Shown piece by piece: positions 56,064 through 64,000 of a stretch of DNA of 64,000 bases; the stretch's first letter is position 1, and every line of letters begins with the position of its first letter. The notes below the pieces were generated by a model, which was given only the letters and a program-made list of their open reading frames with translations, did no database searches and was not told where the DNA came from. The DNA is from Candidatus Saccharimonadia bacterium (GTDB lineage Bacteria; Patescibacteriota; Saccharimonadia; UBA4664; JBBRNT01), in the NCBI GenBank assembly GCA_038230095.1, contig JBBRNT010000003.1:9811-73810 (forward strand), given 5' to 3'. Both the position numbers and the translations under genes were made by a program.

Positions 56064-57101
56064 ATGCTAAAAAAATCGGGTCAAACCCACCCTCGACTCA
56101 AGAAATTTGCTACTGGACTGGCCTTCGTCATAGCCGGATTTGGACTCATATTGGCTAGCTTGGTCTGGTCTTTCTGGGGTAGTTCTACCAAGCTGCCAAT
56201 TGTAGACGGAGTGACATTCTCGGCCAAGTATAGCCGCGAGCTAGATCTAGACCCCAAAGCAGTCTTAACTGCATTGATCAATGACCTAGGGATCCGTCAC
56301 TTCCGGATGATGAGTTACTGGGACATACACGAGCCTGCAGACGGTACATTTGACTTTAGTGAGCTCGACTGGCAGATGAAGATGGCTGAGGAGTCTGGCT
56401 CCAAGGTAACGCTGGCTGTAGGGCTGCGCCAACCCCGTTGGCCAGAGTGCCATACTCCCGGGTGGGCCAAGACCCTGCCTGACGCAGATAAGCGTATTAA
56501 GCTGTATGAGTACATGACGAAGACTATTGAGCGCTACCGCTTTAGTCCGGCTCTGGAAAGCTACCAGCTGGAGAATGAGGCCCTGAATACTGCCTTCGGA
56601 GAGTGTCATGACTTTGATCGGGCCCGACTGGTATATGAGTACAATCTAGTGAAGGGCCTTGACGCTAGCCACCCGATTATTATTAGCGTTAGTAATGAGT
56701 TTGGGATACCTATTGGGGCGCCACGTGGGGATGAAGTGGGCTTCTCTATCTACCACCGCGTCTACGATGCGCATGTCACCCACGGCTACTATGAGTACCC
56801 CATACCGGCGTGGTACCACGGCTTGCGGGCTGCTGTTATTGAGCGCATTACACATCGCCAGACTGTTATCCATGAGCTGCAGGCAGAGCCATGGGGTCCT
56901 AGAGCCACTAAGGACCTCAGCATAGAAGAGCAGAACAAGTCTATGGATGCGGCCAATCTACTCGGACGCTACGGCTATGCCAAGGCTACAGGTATACGTC
57001 AGTTCGACTTCTGGGGCGCCGAGTGGTGGTACTGGCGTTTGACGCAGAAAAATGACCCTTCACTGTGGAACACTGCCAAGCAAATCTTCGGCAAGAACTA
57101 A
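56064..57101 (+). CDS. Membrane-anchored clan-A glycoside hydrolase-like protein
   Basis: N-terminal TM; YWD..EP, QPRWPECH, ENE, ELQAEPW, WGAEWWY. Confidence 0.75.
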   Translation: MLKKSGQTHPRLKKFATGLAFVIAGFGLILASLVWSFWGSSTKLPIVDGVTFSAKYSRELDLDPKAVLTALINDLGIRHFRMMSYWDIHEPADGTFDFSELDWQMKMAEESGSKVTLAVGLRQPRWPECHTPGWAKTLPDADKRIKLYEYMTKTIERYRFSPALESYQLENEALNTAFGECHDFDRARLVYEYNLVKGLDASHPIIISVSNEFGIPIGAPRGDEVGFSIYHRVYDAHVTHGYYEYPIPAWYHGLRAAVIERITHRQTVIHELQAEPWGPRATKDLSIEEQNKSMDAANLLGRYGYAKATGIRQFDFWGAEWWYWRLTQKNDPSLWNTAKQIFGKN

Positions 57102-57123
57102 CAGCCAGGCTACTCGGGCTTCT

Positions 57124-57969
57124 ATGACAGCAGCACTACGAACCTGGCGCGAGCTTACGCACAACGTTAACGGAACGGTGGTGCACTATGCCCATACTGG
57201 TAGTACCACACAGCCAGTACTAGTGCTCCTGCATGGCTTTCGGAGTAACCGCCATGGGCTAGATGCACTTACTGAGCAGCTGAGGGGGTACCAGGTCTTT
57301 GCTCCAGACATCCCCGGTTTTGGCCAGACTGAGCCTGTCAGCCCACCTATTACACTGGAGCGTCAGTCGGCCGTTCTAACGGCATTTATAGAACAAGTTG
57401 TGGCTGGGCCATTTACACTGATTGGCCACTCGCTAGGGGCATCCATTGCACTTCTCATGGCAGGCTCGTTTGGGGCGGAGTTGCAATCGGTAGTGCTCAT
57501 AAGCCCGGTTACCAAGCCCACACGCTTGTTGAGCGTTTTTATCCATATCTACTTTAGGATGGCATTGCTGCTTCCGGATAAGATAAAGCAAATGTGGTTT
57601 GGTAACAAGACAATGGTCTGGCTCGTAGACCGCTGGATGTTTCGCACCGGGACCAAGCACGCTCAGAACCGGATCATATCCCAGGATTGGAGTAACATTA
57701 ATGAGAACCGTCCCGAAATTCTTATTCGGACGACCTTAAGCTACGAGTCTACACGTTTCGAACGCGCAGCCAAGCAAATACTCATGCCAGTCTACTGCAT
57801 TGGTGGTGACAGTGATCCGCTTGTTCCAGTTCGCAAACTCAGGCGCGTGGCGCGCACTATACCGCATGCCAAACTTGAGCTACTACCGGGCAGGGGACAC
57901 CTGTTCCCGGTAGAAGAGCCGCAATACGCTGGTAAGCTTATACGTACCTGGTTCGAGGCTCAGGACTAG
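57124..57969 (+). CDS. Alpha/beta hydrolase
   Basis: LLHGF, DIPGFG, GHSLG, D.LVP, GH. Confidence 0.88.
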   Translation: MTAALRTWRELTHNVNGTVVHYAHTGSTTQPVLVLLHGFRSNRHGLDALTEQLRGYQVFAPDIPGFGQTEPVSPPITLERQSAVLTAFIEQVVAGPFTLIGHSLGASIALLMAGSFGAELQSVVLISPVTKPTRLLSVFIHIYFRMALLLPDKIKQMWFGNKTMVWLVDRWMFRTGTKHAQNRIISQDWSNINENRPEILIRTTLSYESTRFERAAKQILMPVYCIGGDSDPLVPVRKLRRVARTIPHAKLELLPGRGHLFPVEEPQYAGKLIRTWFEAQD

Positions 57970-58160
57970 TCTGCGTAGGGCTTACTTCGGAGCTCGCTAA
58001 GGTATTGGTTCACAGCCGCTAGGTCATGAGTGACATAGTCTGGCTTGACCGCAAACGCGGCCTCATATGCTCGTTCGAACTGTTCACGCTCAGATTTACT
58101 CTGAATGCGCTCGCCAAACTGTTGTGATTTTGGCTTCGATCTAATAATTTCTTTTGCCAT
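57966..58160 (-). CDS. Small hypothetical protein
   Basis: GGAGG SD; 64 aa. Confidence 0.55.
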   Translation of the reverse strand: MAKEIIRSKPKSQQFGERIQSKSEREQFERAYEAAFAVKPDYVTHDLAAVNQYLSELRSKPYAD

Positions 58161-58345
58161 AACCCCTCCACAAGATTATGAGACTATACTAATACACATT
58201 TGTCTATATGCCAATACCCTTATGACTAATATTCTTGCCTTAGCCAAGGCATTTTTTGTGAGAATGGAGCAAGTGGTGAGGGGACAAGGGCGGGAGGACT
58301 ACGCCCATTGCGCCAATTAACATCTATGACTACTCGGCTTAGCTT

Positions 58346-58442
58346 AGAATTTCTTTCTCCTCTTTCTTGGTACTTTTGTTTCGGCAAAAGTACCCAAAAC
58401 CATGCGAGACTACGAGCCGCCTTCCGGCGTACTCATGCTCGC
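58346..58442 (+). repeat. About 97-bp palindromic repeat, copy 1
   Basis: 58361-58410 identical to 63467-63516. Confidence 0.85.
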
Positions 58443-58587
58443 TGAAGCTGTATTTTTTCGATGCTCAGGAGTGGCTGGAGGAGGCGGAAGGAGGGCAGCG
58501 AGGGCGTGGGAGGGTAGGTGGGAGGTTGAAGGAATGATCGGTAGGAGCTAGAATGATGGTTGTTCTTGGTTAATTACAGTATGACGC

Positions 58588-58965
58588 GGGGCTGACCAGC
58601 TTTGACGTTTGGACTTTTACAACCTAGCTTGCAAGCCGTAGGTATGCGTTAAATCCACCAATCAATAGATGCAAACTCTATCGTATCGCGCGTGAAGGCT
58701 CTGTTCGCAGCTCCTTCATTCGCACCAGCTTTCGCCTAATCGCCTAAGCCATCGACCTCCTGACGCCAGATAGGGGCCGGCCGGTGCCAAATTATCTGAC
58801 TGCTTTACAACTGAGATATGCGTTGTAATTAAGACTACAATCTGCTCCTCATTCTTATTTCGTTTACTTCAAGAGGATGGGGCTAAGACAACAAAGTAAA
58901 CTACGCTTGTAGACGGCTGGGTTGTATCCAGACGGACCCGGGTGCAATTCCCGGCAGCTCCTCCA
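58588..58965 (+). ncRNA. ssrA: tmRNA; tag ANSIVSRVKALFAAPSFAPAFA
   Basis: GGGGCTG/CAGCTCC with G3.U70, T-arm CCGGG-TGCAATT-CCCGG, tag ORF 58671-58739. Confidence 0.93.
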
Positions 58966-59063
58966 AAAGCGCCTCAGCTCTTGCTGGGGCGTTTTTGGAG
59001 GGATTAGAAAGTAACAGCCACTCACGAGTGAGTGGCTGATTTCTCCTGTTAAGGAGGAGGTTA

Positions 59064-59582
59064 TTAGCAGTAGTTGGGGTGGACCCCCATCATTTGGTTC
59101 CAGCTGGCCGTCTGGCTGCGGATGATCCCATTGAGGCGCCGGGCGACGTCACCAAAGGTGATTGAGTCGAAGAGCACACCCCGGGCGGCCTCTTGGCTTG
59201 CTAGGGTCTCGAACCGAGCCAGGTGCACCAGGACTTCGGGGTTGGTGACGGGCAGCTGCACTGCACGCCTCCGGGGCTCGTGGTGGGTGCAGACAATTCT
59301 CGACTGCTCGTGCCAGGCTGCCGGCCAGCTTCGCATGAGCTGCTCCAGCTCAGTTGCCCAGCCGTGGGTAGCGTCCGAACTCAGCCAGTGCAGGGCGAGT
59401 GGGTGGTGTACCTCGCCAAACGAGCGGTATGTCACCTCTGCCCCCATGTATTGGGCATCGTCGAGCCAGTAGTGATAGGCCTTGGCAGTGACATCGGTCG
59501 TGCCGCGGGTCCGGACAATGTCCATCCGCAGCGCCAGCTTGCTACTGCCCATTGCTTCGAAAAGCCATCGTGTGTCGGTCAA
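59064..59582 (-). CDS. Hypothetical protein
   Basis: GGAGG SD plus TTG. Confidence 0.55.
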   Translation of the reverse strand: MTDTRWLFEAMGSSKLALRMDIVRTRGTTDVTAKAYHYWLDDAQYMGAEVTYRSFGEVHHPLALHWLSSDATHGWATELEQLMRSWPAAWHEQSRIVCTHHEPRRRAVQLPVTNPEVLVHLARFETLASQEAARGVLFDSITFGDVARRLNGIIRSQTASWNQMMGVHPNYC

Positions 59583-59983
59583 GGTACTTCCTCCAGTTGC
59601 CTAGGCCTAGGCCATCGGCTATGTGTTGGGTGTGGGGTACTGCGCCAATTGTCTAGGCAGGGCCATCGACTATGGACTTGATGCTGCTGCAATCCCATTC
59701 AGGATTGGGCCCATGATACCACAGATTGTTTGGAGGGAATTCGATCGACAGGTGCTTTTGTTGGCAAATACGTAAATGCAGACATGGCTGAAGCTGGTAT
59801 AGCGGTGTAAAACGAATTAATCCCGCATACTACTCTGGGGGAGTGGTGTAGAACGTGCGACGGGGCTAGTAGACCGAGAGCACTATCATGGCGCTTTACT
59901 TTGGCGGTAACGCTTGTATGGGGGGCGGGTTACTGGTAATACTGTAGCTACACGCCCTACGGCCAGTTCCTTGAGGAGATAGT

Positions 59984-60559
59984 ATGCGCTCACTACATTT
60001 GCTTGAACAGAACAGCGTCTGCGACCATGTCGCAGTGCTGAACGATTCCGCTATCCCCGGCGGAAGCGGAAGCTGCCCGCTCCTGGCCGACTGTACCGCC
60101 GGGCGGGTAGTGGGACACGGTGGGCTTCAATGCGTTCCCAGGACGGCCCAAGAGGTGGCGCGTAATGTTCTGAGCGGACGGGTGGCGCCCGAGGTAGAAC
60201 TGCGCGAACTGCGCCAATCGCCCTTGTTTCGGCCGGGTCAAGTGCGGTTCATTGACCCATATGCGGGGCAGGTGCCCGGTGAGGCTACCATTGACGCCAG
60301 CTTGGTTATGTCCCAGATTCGACAATGGGTGGCCGTTCTGCTGGATACACCCGTGCCCGAACCGGTGGCCCCCGCTGACCACTGCAAAAGGCACAGTGAG
60401 TACACCGAAGGCTGCTCCAACTGCGGTATGGCCCGGCTGGTCATGCTGGACCGGACGGACGTGGTCTGGCCAGGCGGCCGTCCCGCTCGAGTCCCGCGTG
60501 ATCAGTGCCGCTGCCCAGTACTACGCGTGGGTGACTTCTGCCCGGTTCACGGCGGATAG
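59984..60559 (+). CDS. Cys/His-rich hypothetical protein
   Basis: GAGGAG SD; CKRH..CSNC, CRC...CPVHGG; terminator about 60567-60599. Confidence 0.6.
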   Translation: MRSLHLLEQNSVCDHVAVLNDSAIPGGSGSCPLLADCTAGRVVGHGGLQCVPRTAQEVARNVLSGRVAPEVELRELRQSPLFRPGQVRFIDPYAGQVPGEATIDASLVMSQIRQWVAVLLDTPVPEPVAPADHCKRHSEYTEGCSNCGMARLVMLDRTDVVWPGGRPARVPRDQCRCPVLRVGDFCPVHGG

Positions 60560-60714
60560 CCACACAGCGCTCAGTTGTCTTCGGATGACTGGGCGCTTTC
60601 ATTTGCCTTGAATAATTTCTAATCTAGAGTACTATTGCTGTCATCTGGCAATCGCCAGGGTACACGCCACCAATAAGGGTTCGCCATGAGGTGCACAGAT
60701 AGAAAGGTAGGCTC

Positions 60715-61413
60715 ATGGACTCGTCTACGGCCACTTTATCAGAAGCAGATACCGACCTCCTCAATGCCATTCAAGGCGGTATACACCCGGACCGACTGTC
60801 GACGGGGGTTAAGCTGGAGGTACTCCGGCATGCGATTGGCGTACTCACCAAAATGGGTGGCAAGTCGCCTGGCTTTCGGCCCCTGTCAGGCCGGTACCCC
60901 GAGACCGGATCGTTCTCGCCCTACGTAGACTTGCTGTACCCAGCCGGCCTTGGTGAGACCACGAAGGTCAATCAGATCTTTCGTATGGAGTCTGTCGAAA
61001 TAGGCGGTTTCAAGAAGGGTAAGCGAGCGCCGCACAAGTACGTGCGCAAGCATCATGCTCAGGATGACGTCCGTTGGGTGACGCACGACCACTACCTGGT
61101 AACTCAGGACGGCCTCATGTTGCGGGAAAGCCAGACGATCTACCTACGGCGCGTAGGTGATGAACAGGAAAATATCTGCGCCGCCGTAGATATGACAGTC
61201 ATGGACGATGCGGCGATCCTGGCATTCTTGGAACTGCCATACACGAGTGATTTCGGGGTGCTGTCATCGTGCCTCAAGAGCATCCGAATCAGCATTCGTG
61301 CCAGCATCGCAGAATCTCGTGACCGGCTTGCTAGCCTGGAGGCGATGCACGCTCAGATCGACGCTGTCTGGCACCGAGCTGGCGGGCCCACCGGTAGCTT
61401 GCCGAGGTACTGA
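60715..61413 (+). CDS. Hypothetical protein
   Basis: 232-aa ORF with SD and terminator about 61421-61448. Confidence 0.65.
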   Translation: MDSSTATLSEADTDLLNAIQGGIHPDRLSTGVKLEVLRHAIGVLTKMGGKSPGFRPLSGRYPETGSFSPYVDLLYPAGLGETTKVNQIFRMESVEIGGFKKGKRAPHKYVRKHHAQDDVRWVTHDHYLVTQDGLMLRESQTIYLRRVGDEQENICAAVDMTVMDDAAILAFLELPYTSDFGVLSSCLKSIRISIRASIAESRDRLASLEAMHAQIDAVWHRAGGPTGSLPRY

Positions 61414-61593
61414 CCAATGCAGCACCCCCAGTAATGGGGGTGCTTTTACGTATAACCTAAAAACCCCGCAGACTGCAGGGGTGCAAGAGCGATTGGGAGG
61501 TATTATCTCCAGGTGGTGGAGCCGCGTTAGTGGCGGCAATACTCATTATCTCTCGAAATACTATTGTATTAAGCACAACAACTATGGCCACCA

Positions 61594-61830
61594 TTGACCA
61601 ATCCCTATGGCCCGGCCATTATAGAGCCAGTGAATAATTTTGACGCCTACACTCAGGAGCGAAGGGTGCTACCGTGCGCGGATAAGCTGAGCTTTGCGAC
61701 AAACGAGCTAGCAGCAGCAGCCGCGAGCTATGCGGTTTGGCAGAGGGGGAGTGAGAGTGCCAATGTGCGGTCCTATAAGTGCCGTTACTGTACGAGCTGG
61801 CACCTAGGCACGGACTATGAGGCGGAATGA
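61594..61830 (+). CDS. Small zinc-binding hypothetical protein
   Basis: CADKL.F...YKCRYC.SWHL. Confidence 0.55.
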   Translation: MTNPYGPAIIEPVNNFDAYTQERRVLPCADKLSFATNELAAAAASYAVWQRGSESANVRSYKCRYCTSWHLGTDYEAE

Positions 61831-63285
61831 CTACGTGGCGTAGTGTGGCTCGGCCGTGTTGCTTAGCTGAGCAAGCTCGGTAGGGCTGAGGGGCCGGAGC
61901 TCTATCTGGGAAGGGCGCTGCTCAAGTACTTGACGCAGTATTTTGTACACGTCCATATCGAAGCCCAGATCTAGTTTTTGGTACTCTGGATCACCAAATT
62001 CTGATTCAAGGAGGAGGGCCGTAACGCGCCATTGGTCGATAATAAAGCCATCGACCCGCTCTAGGTCGGCGGAACGCTCTAGCAGAAGGGCGGCTCCAGC
62101 AAAGGGCCATTTGCTCAGACGTTGGTCTGAGAGTGCCTGGGTAAGTAGCAGGTTGTAGCTGGCGGGGGAGATGGTACCCAGGCAGGCGCCCGAGCACTTG
62201 CCCAGTTGCTGGGCAAAGCAGGTACCTCGGGACTTATCTAGCCCCATGAGGCGGGGGCACAGGTGGTGCTCGGCAGTAATGCCTTCTAGGGTCTCGCGAG
62301 CCTCTTTGCGTGAGCGGTAGCCAATATGGATGGTATCTGGCGATAGTTCCTCGGAGTAATCACCAATATGGCCGGTAAGATAGCCTACAGCATTAGTTGT
62401 AAACTCTACAACAAATAAACGTTCTGCACGCCGCAGCTTACGGTTGTGGAGTGGCTGAAGCTCCTTAACCAGGCGTGACTCCAGGAGCAAGGCGCCAATC
62501 TCCCCGGCGGTTTTGATGGTGCGAATGTGGTGGGTTTGCTGAGCCAGGCGGAGCTCGCGGTACTGGCGATGGTCGTCGGACAGGTGGGACAGGACTCGCG
62601 ACCTAATATTAACGCTCTTGCCGACGTAGAGAGGTAGTGCTTGATCGTCTTCGAATACGTAGACACCTGGAGACTCGGGTAGGGTCTGGATAAGACTAGC
62701 GTCTAGATGAGGCGGTAGCGACTGGCGCTTGAGCTGCTGGGCTATTGCGGTGTTGAGGCTGTCTAGATCGTGGTCTGCTAAGATGCGATGCCAGAAATCC
62801 CAGAGCACCTTGGCATCGTCTAGGGCGCGGTGTCGGCGGGCCGTCTCAAAGCCAAAGCGCTGAATTATCTTCTCTAGGCTATGGCCGCGGTGCTCGGGGT
62901 AGAGCCAGCGGGAGAGTCGAACGGTGCAGAGTAGCTCTGGTTCAAAGCCCTGGCCAAGGCGCTTATACTCTTGCTTGATAAACGAATAGTCGAAGCGGAC
63001 ATTGTGCGCTACGAACAGCGCTCCATCAAGGATAGCCCTCAGCTCATCTGCCATGTCGGCAAAATGGGGGGCAGTGCGTAAGTCTGCATCTGTGAGGCCG
63101 GTGAGCTGGGTGATAAAGGCCGGAAGGCGGCTATCTGGGTTAAGCAGCGTATGGAAGGTGCGGACAACCCGGCCGCCCTCGACACGCACTACGCCAATCT
63201 CGGTAACCTTGCCGTAGTGGTAGTTGGCACCAGTAGTTTCAATGTCTATGAAGGCCAATGGCTGGTTGTAGTGCTTGGCTGCTAT
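61831..63285 (-). CDS. DEDDh 3'-5' exonuclease fused to GIY-YIG (Cho/UvrC-like) domain
   Basis: DIETTG, AHNVRFD, HRALDDA; PGVYVF..LYVGKSVNIRSRV; start uncertain (ATA 63285 or upstream to 63348). Confidence 0.88.
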   Translation of the reverse strand: MAAKHYNQPLAFIDIETTGANYHYGKVTEIGVVRVEGGRVVRTFHTLLNPDSRLPAFITQLTGLTDADLRTAPHFADMADELRAILDGALFVAHNVRFDYSFIKQEYKRLGQGFEPELLCTVRLSRWLYPEHRGHSLEKIIQRFGFETARRHRALDDAKVLWDFWHRILADHDLDSLNTAIAQQLKRQSLPPHLDASLIQTLPESPGVYVFEDDQALPLYVGKSVNIRSRVLSHLSDDHRQYRELRLAQQTHHIRTIKTAGEIGALLLESRLVKELQPLHNRKLRRAERLFVVEFTTNAVGYLTGHIGDYSEELSPDTIHIGYRSRKEARETLEGITAEHHLCPRLMGLDKSRGTCFAQQLGKCSGACLGTISPASYNLLLTQALSDQRLSKWPFAGAALLLERSADLERVDGFIIDQWRVTALLLESEFGDPEYQKLDLGFDMDVYKILRQVLEQRPSQIELRPLSPTELAQLSNTAEPHYAT

Positions 63286-63319
63286 GGTACCCCTCCTTGC
63301 CGGACATGCTATGGACTTA

Positions 63320-63348
63320 ATCATAACGCGAACAAAAGCCGTAATCAA
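63320..63348 (-). promoter_or_regulatory. Exonuclease promoter with putative SOS operator
   Basis: TTGATT-acggcttttgttcgcgt-TATGAT. Confidence 0.6.
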
Positions 63349-63452
63349 GATGGGGCTGGGTGGTTGGATTTGTGTTGCGTGCAGGTTGCTAGCGAGGGAA
63401 GAATTCTATCCCCAATACATCCATTTCAGTTATGGCCTATACTGCTAGTCCG

Positions 63453-63550
63453 AGAATTTCTTCGTTTCTTTCTTGGTACTTTTGTTTCGGCAAAAGTACC
63501 CAAAACCATGCGAGACAACGAGCCGCCGTTCCCGGCATACTCATGCTCGC
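63453..63550 (+). repeat. About 97-bp palindromic repeat, copy 2
   Basis: Direct repeat of 58346-58442. Confidence 0.85.
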
Positions 63551-63684
63551 GGATGAGTGAATTGGATGGTGGTTAAGCAAAGACTGGGGTCAACTGTTAC
63601 TCCTATTTGCCAAGCACGAGTAGCATACTGGTCCCCATAGTTTGAGAAGAAAGGGAAACACCCTGCCGGGAGCCCGGCAGGGTG

Positions 63685-63999
63685 TTAGGACTCGAAGAGG
63701 CTTGGGTGGGGGTATGGGGCGAGGAGGGTGGGTTCGGCGGCTAGCACTGAAACGTCGCGGAGACGGATGTTGCTGTCAGCCGGCTCGAAGAGACGGATCT
63801 GAGGGTCATCCAGCCGGCGACCCCGGCGGATTAGCTTGCCCTGCACGTAGTACATGCCGGCGGGGATATTCCAGCTACAGGTGCTTCTAACAGCGCAGTG
63901 GCCACAGGAGCGGCTGTAGCTATTGCGTTGGCCGGTGCTCCAGGTGACCGGGATGGCGTTGACCTCGCGGGCACGAGCCACCAGCCGATTGCCTTCTGG
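63685..63999 (-). CDS. Hypothetical protein, probably truncated by the window end
   Basis: Frame open to window edge; CGHC motif. Confidence 0.4.
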   Translation of the reverse strand, partial: PEGNRLVARAREVNAIPVTWSTGQRNSYSRSCGHCAVRSTCSWNIPAGMYYVQGKLIRRGRRLDDPQIRLFEPADSNIRLRDVSVLAAEPTLLAPYPHPSLFES

Positions 64000-64000
64000 G

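Overview
64 kb of chromosome from a small-genome bacterium, most likely Patescibacteria/CPR (Saccharimonadia-like; inferred from gene content). It uses the standard code with TAG, TGA and TAA all acting as stops, and many genes look leaderless. Core content: thrS, miaA, murC/mpl-like ligase, murT-gatD, rplY, rpmB, infC-rpmI-rplT, nrdR, comM, dinB, glycosyltransferases, six tRNAs, RNase P RNA, tmRNA and a probable 6S RNA. Accessory stretches lie after tRNA-Asp (0.3-12 kb), after RNase P (44-46 kb) and after tmRNA (59-62 kb); no integrase or transposase was seen. Main observations: (1) one operator, GTWC-N7-GTTCG, sits in the -35/-10 spacer of three DNA-repair promoters (four-helix-bundle + dinB operon, comM, DnaQ/GIY-YIG nuclease), suggesting an SOS-like regulon; (2) the four-helix-bundle gene before dinB is interrupted by one in-frame TAG; (3) single accessory genes after tRNA-Asp are separated by degenerate copies of the tRNA 3' end and its terminator; (4) a duplicated [variable gene]-[C2H2 zinc finger]-[conserved terminator] module; (5) a leader peptide/attenuator before a HAD + ATP-grasp operon; (6) an ultrashort translational Thr T-box; (7) tandem orphan 2OG-Fe(II) oxygenase-like paralogs. 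All calls are by eye; no database search was run.
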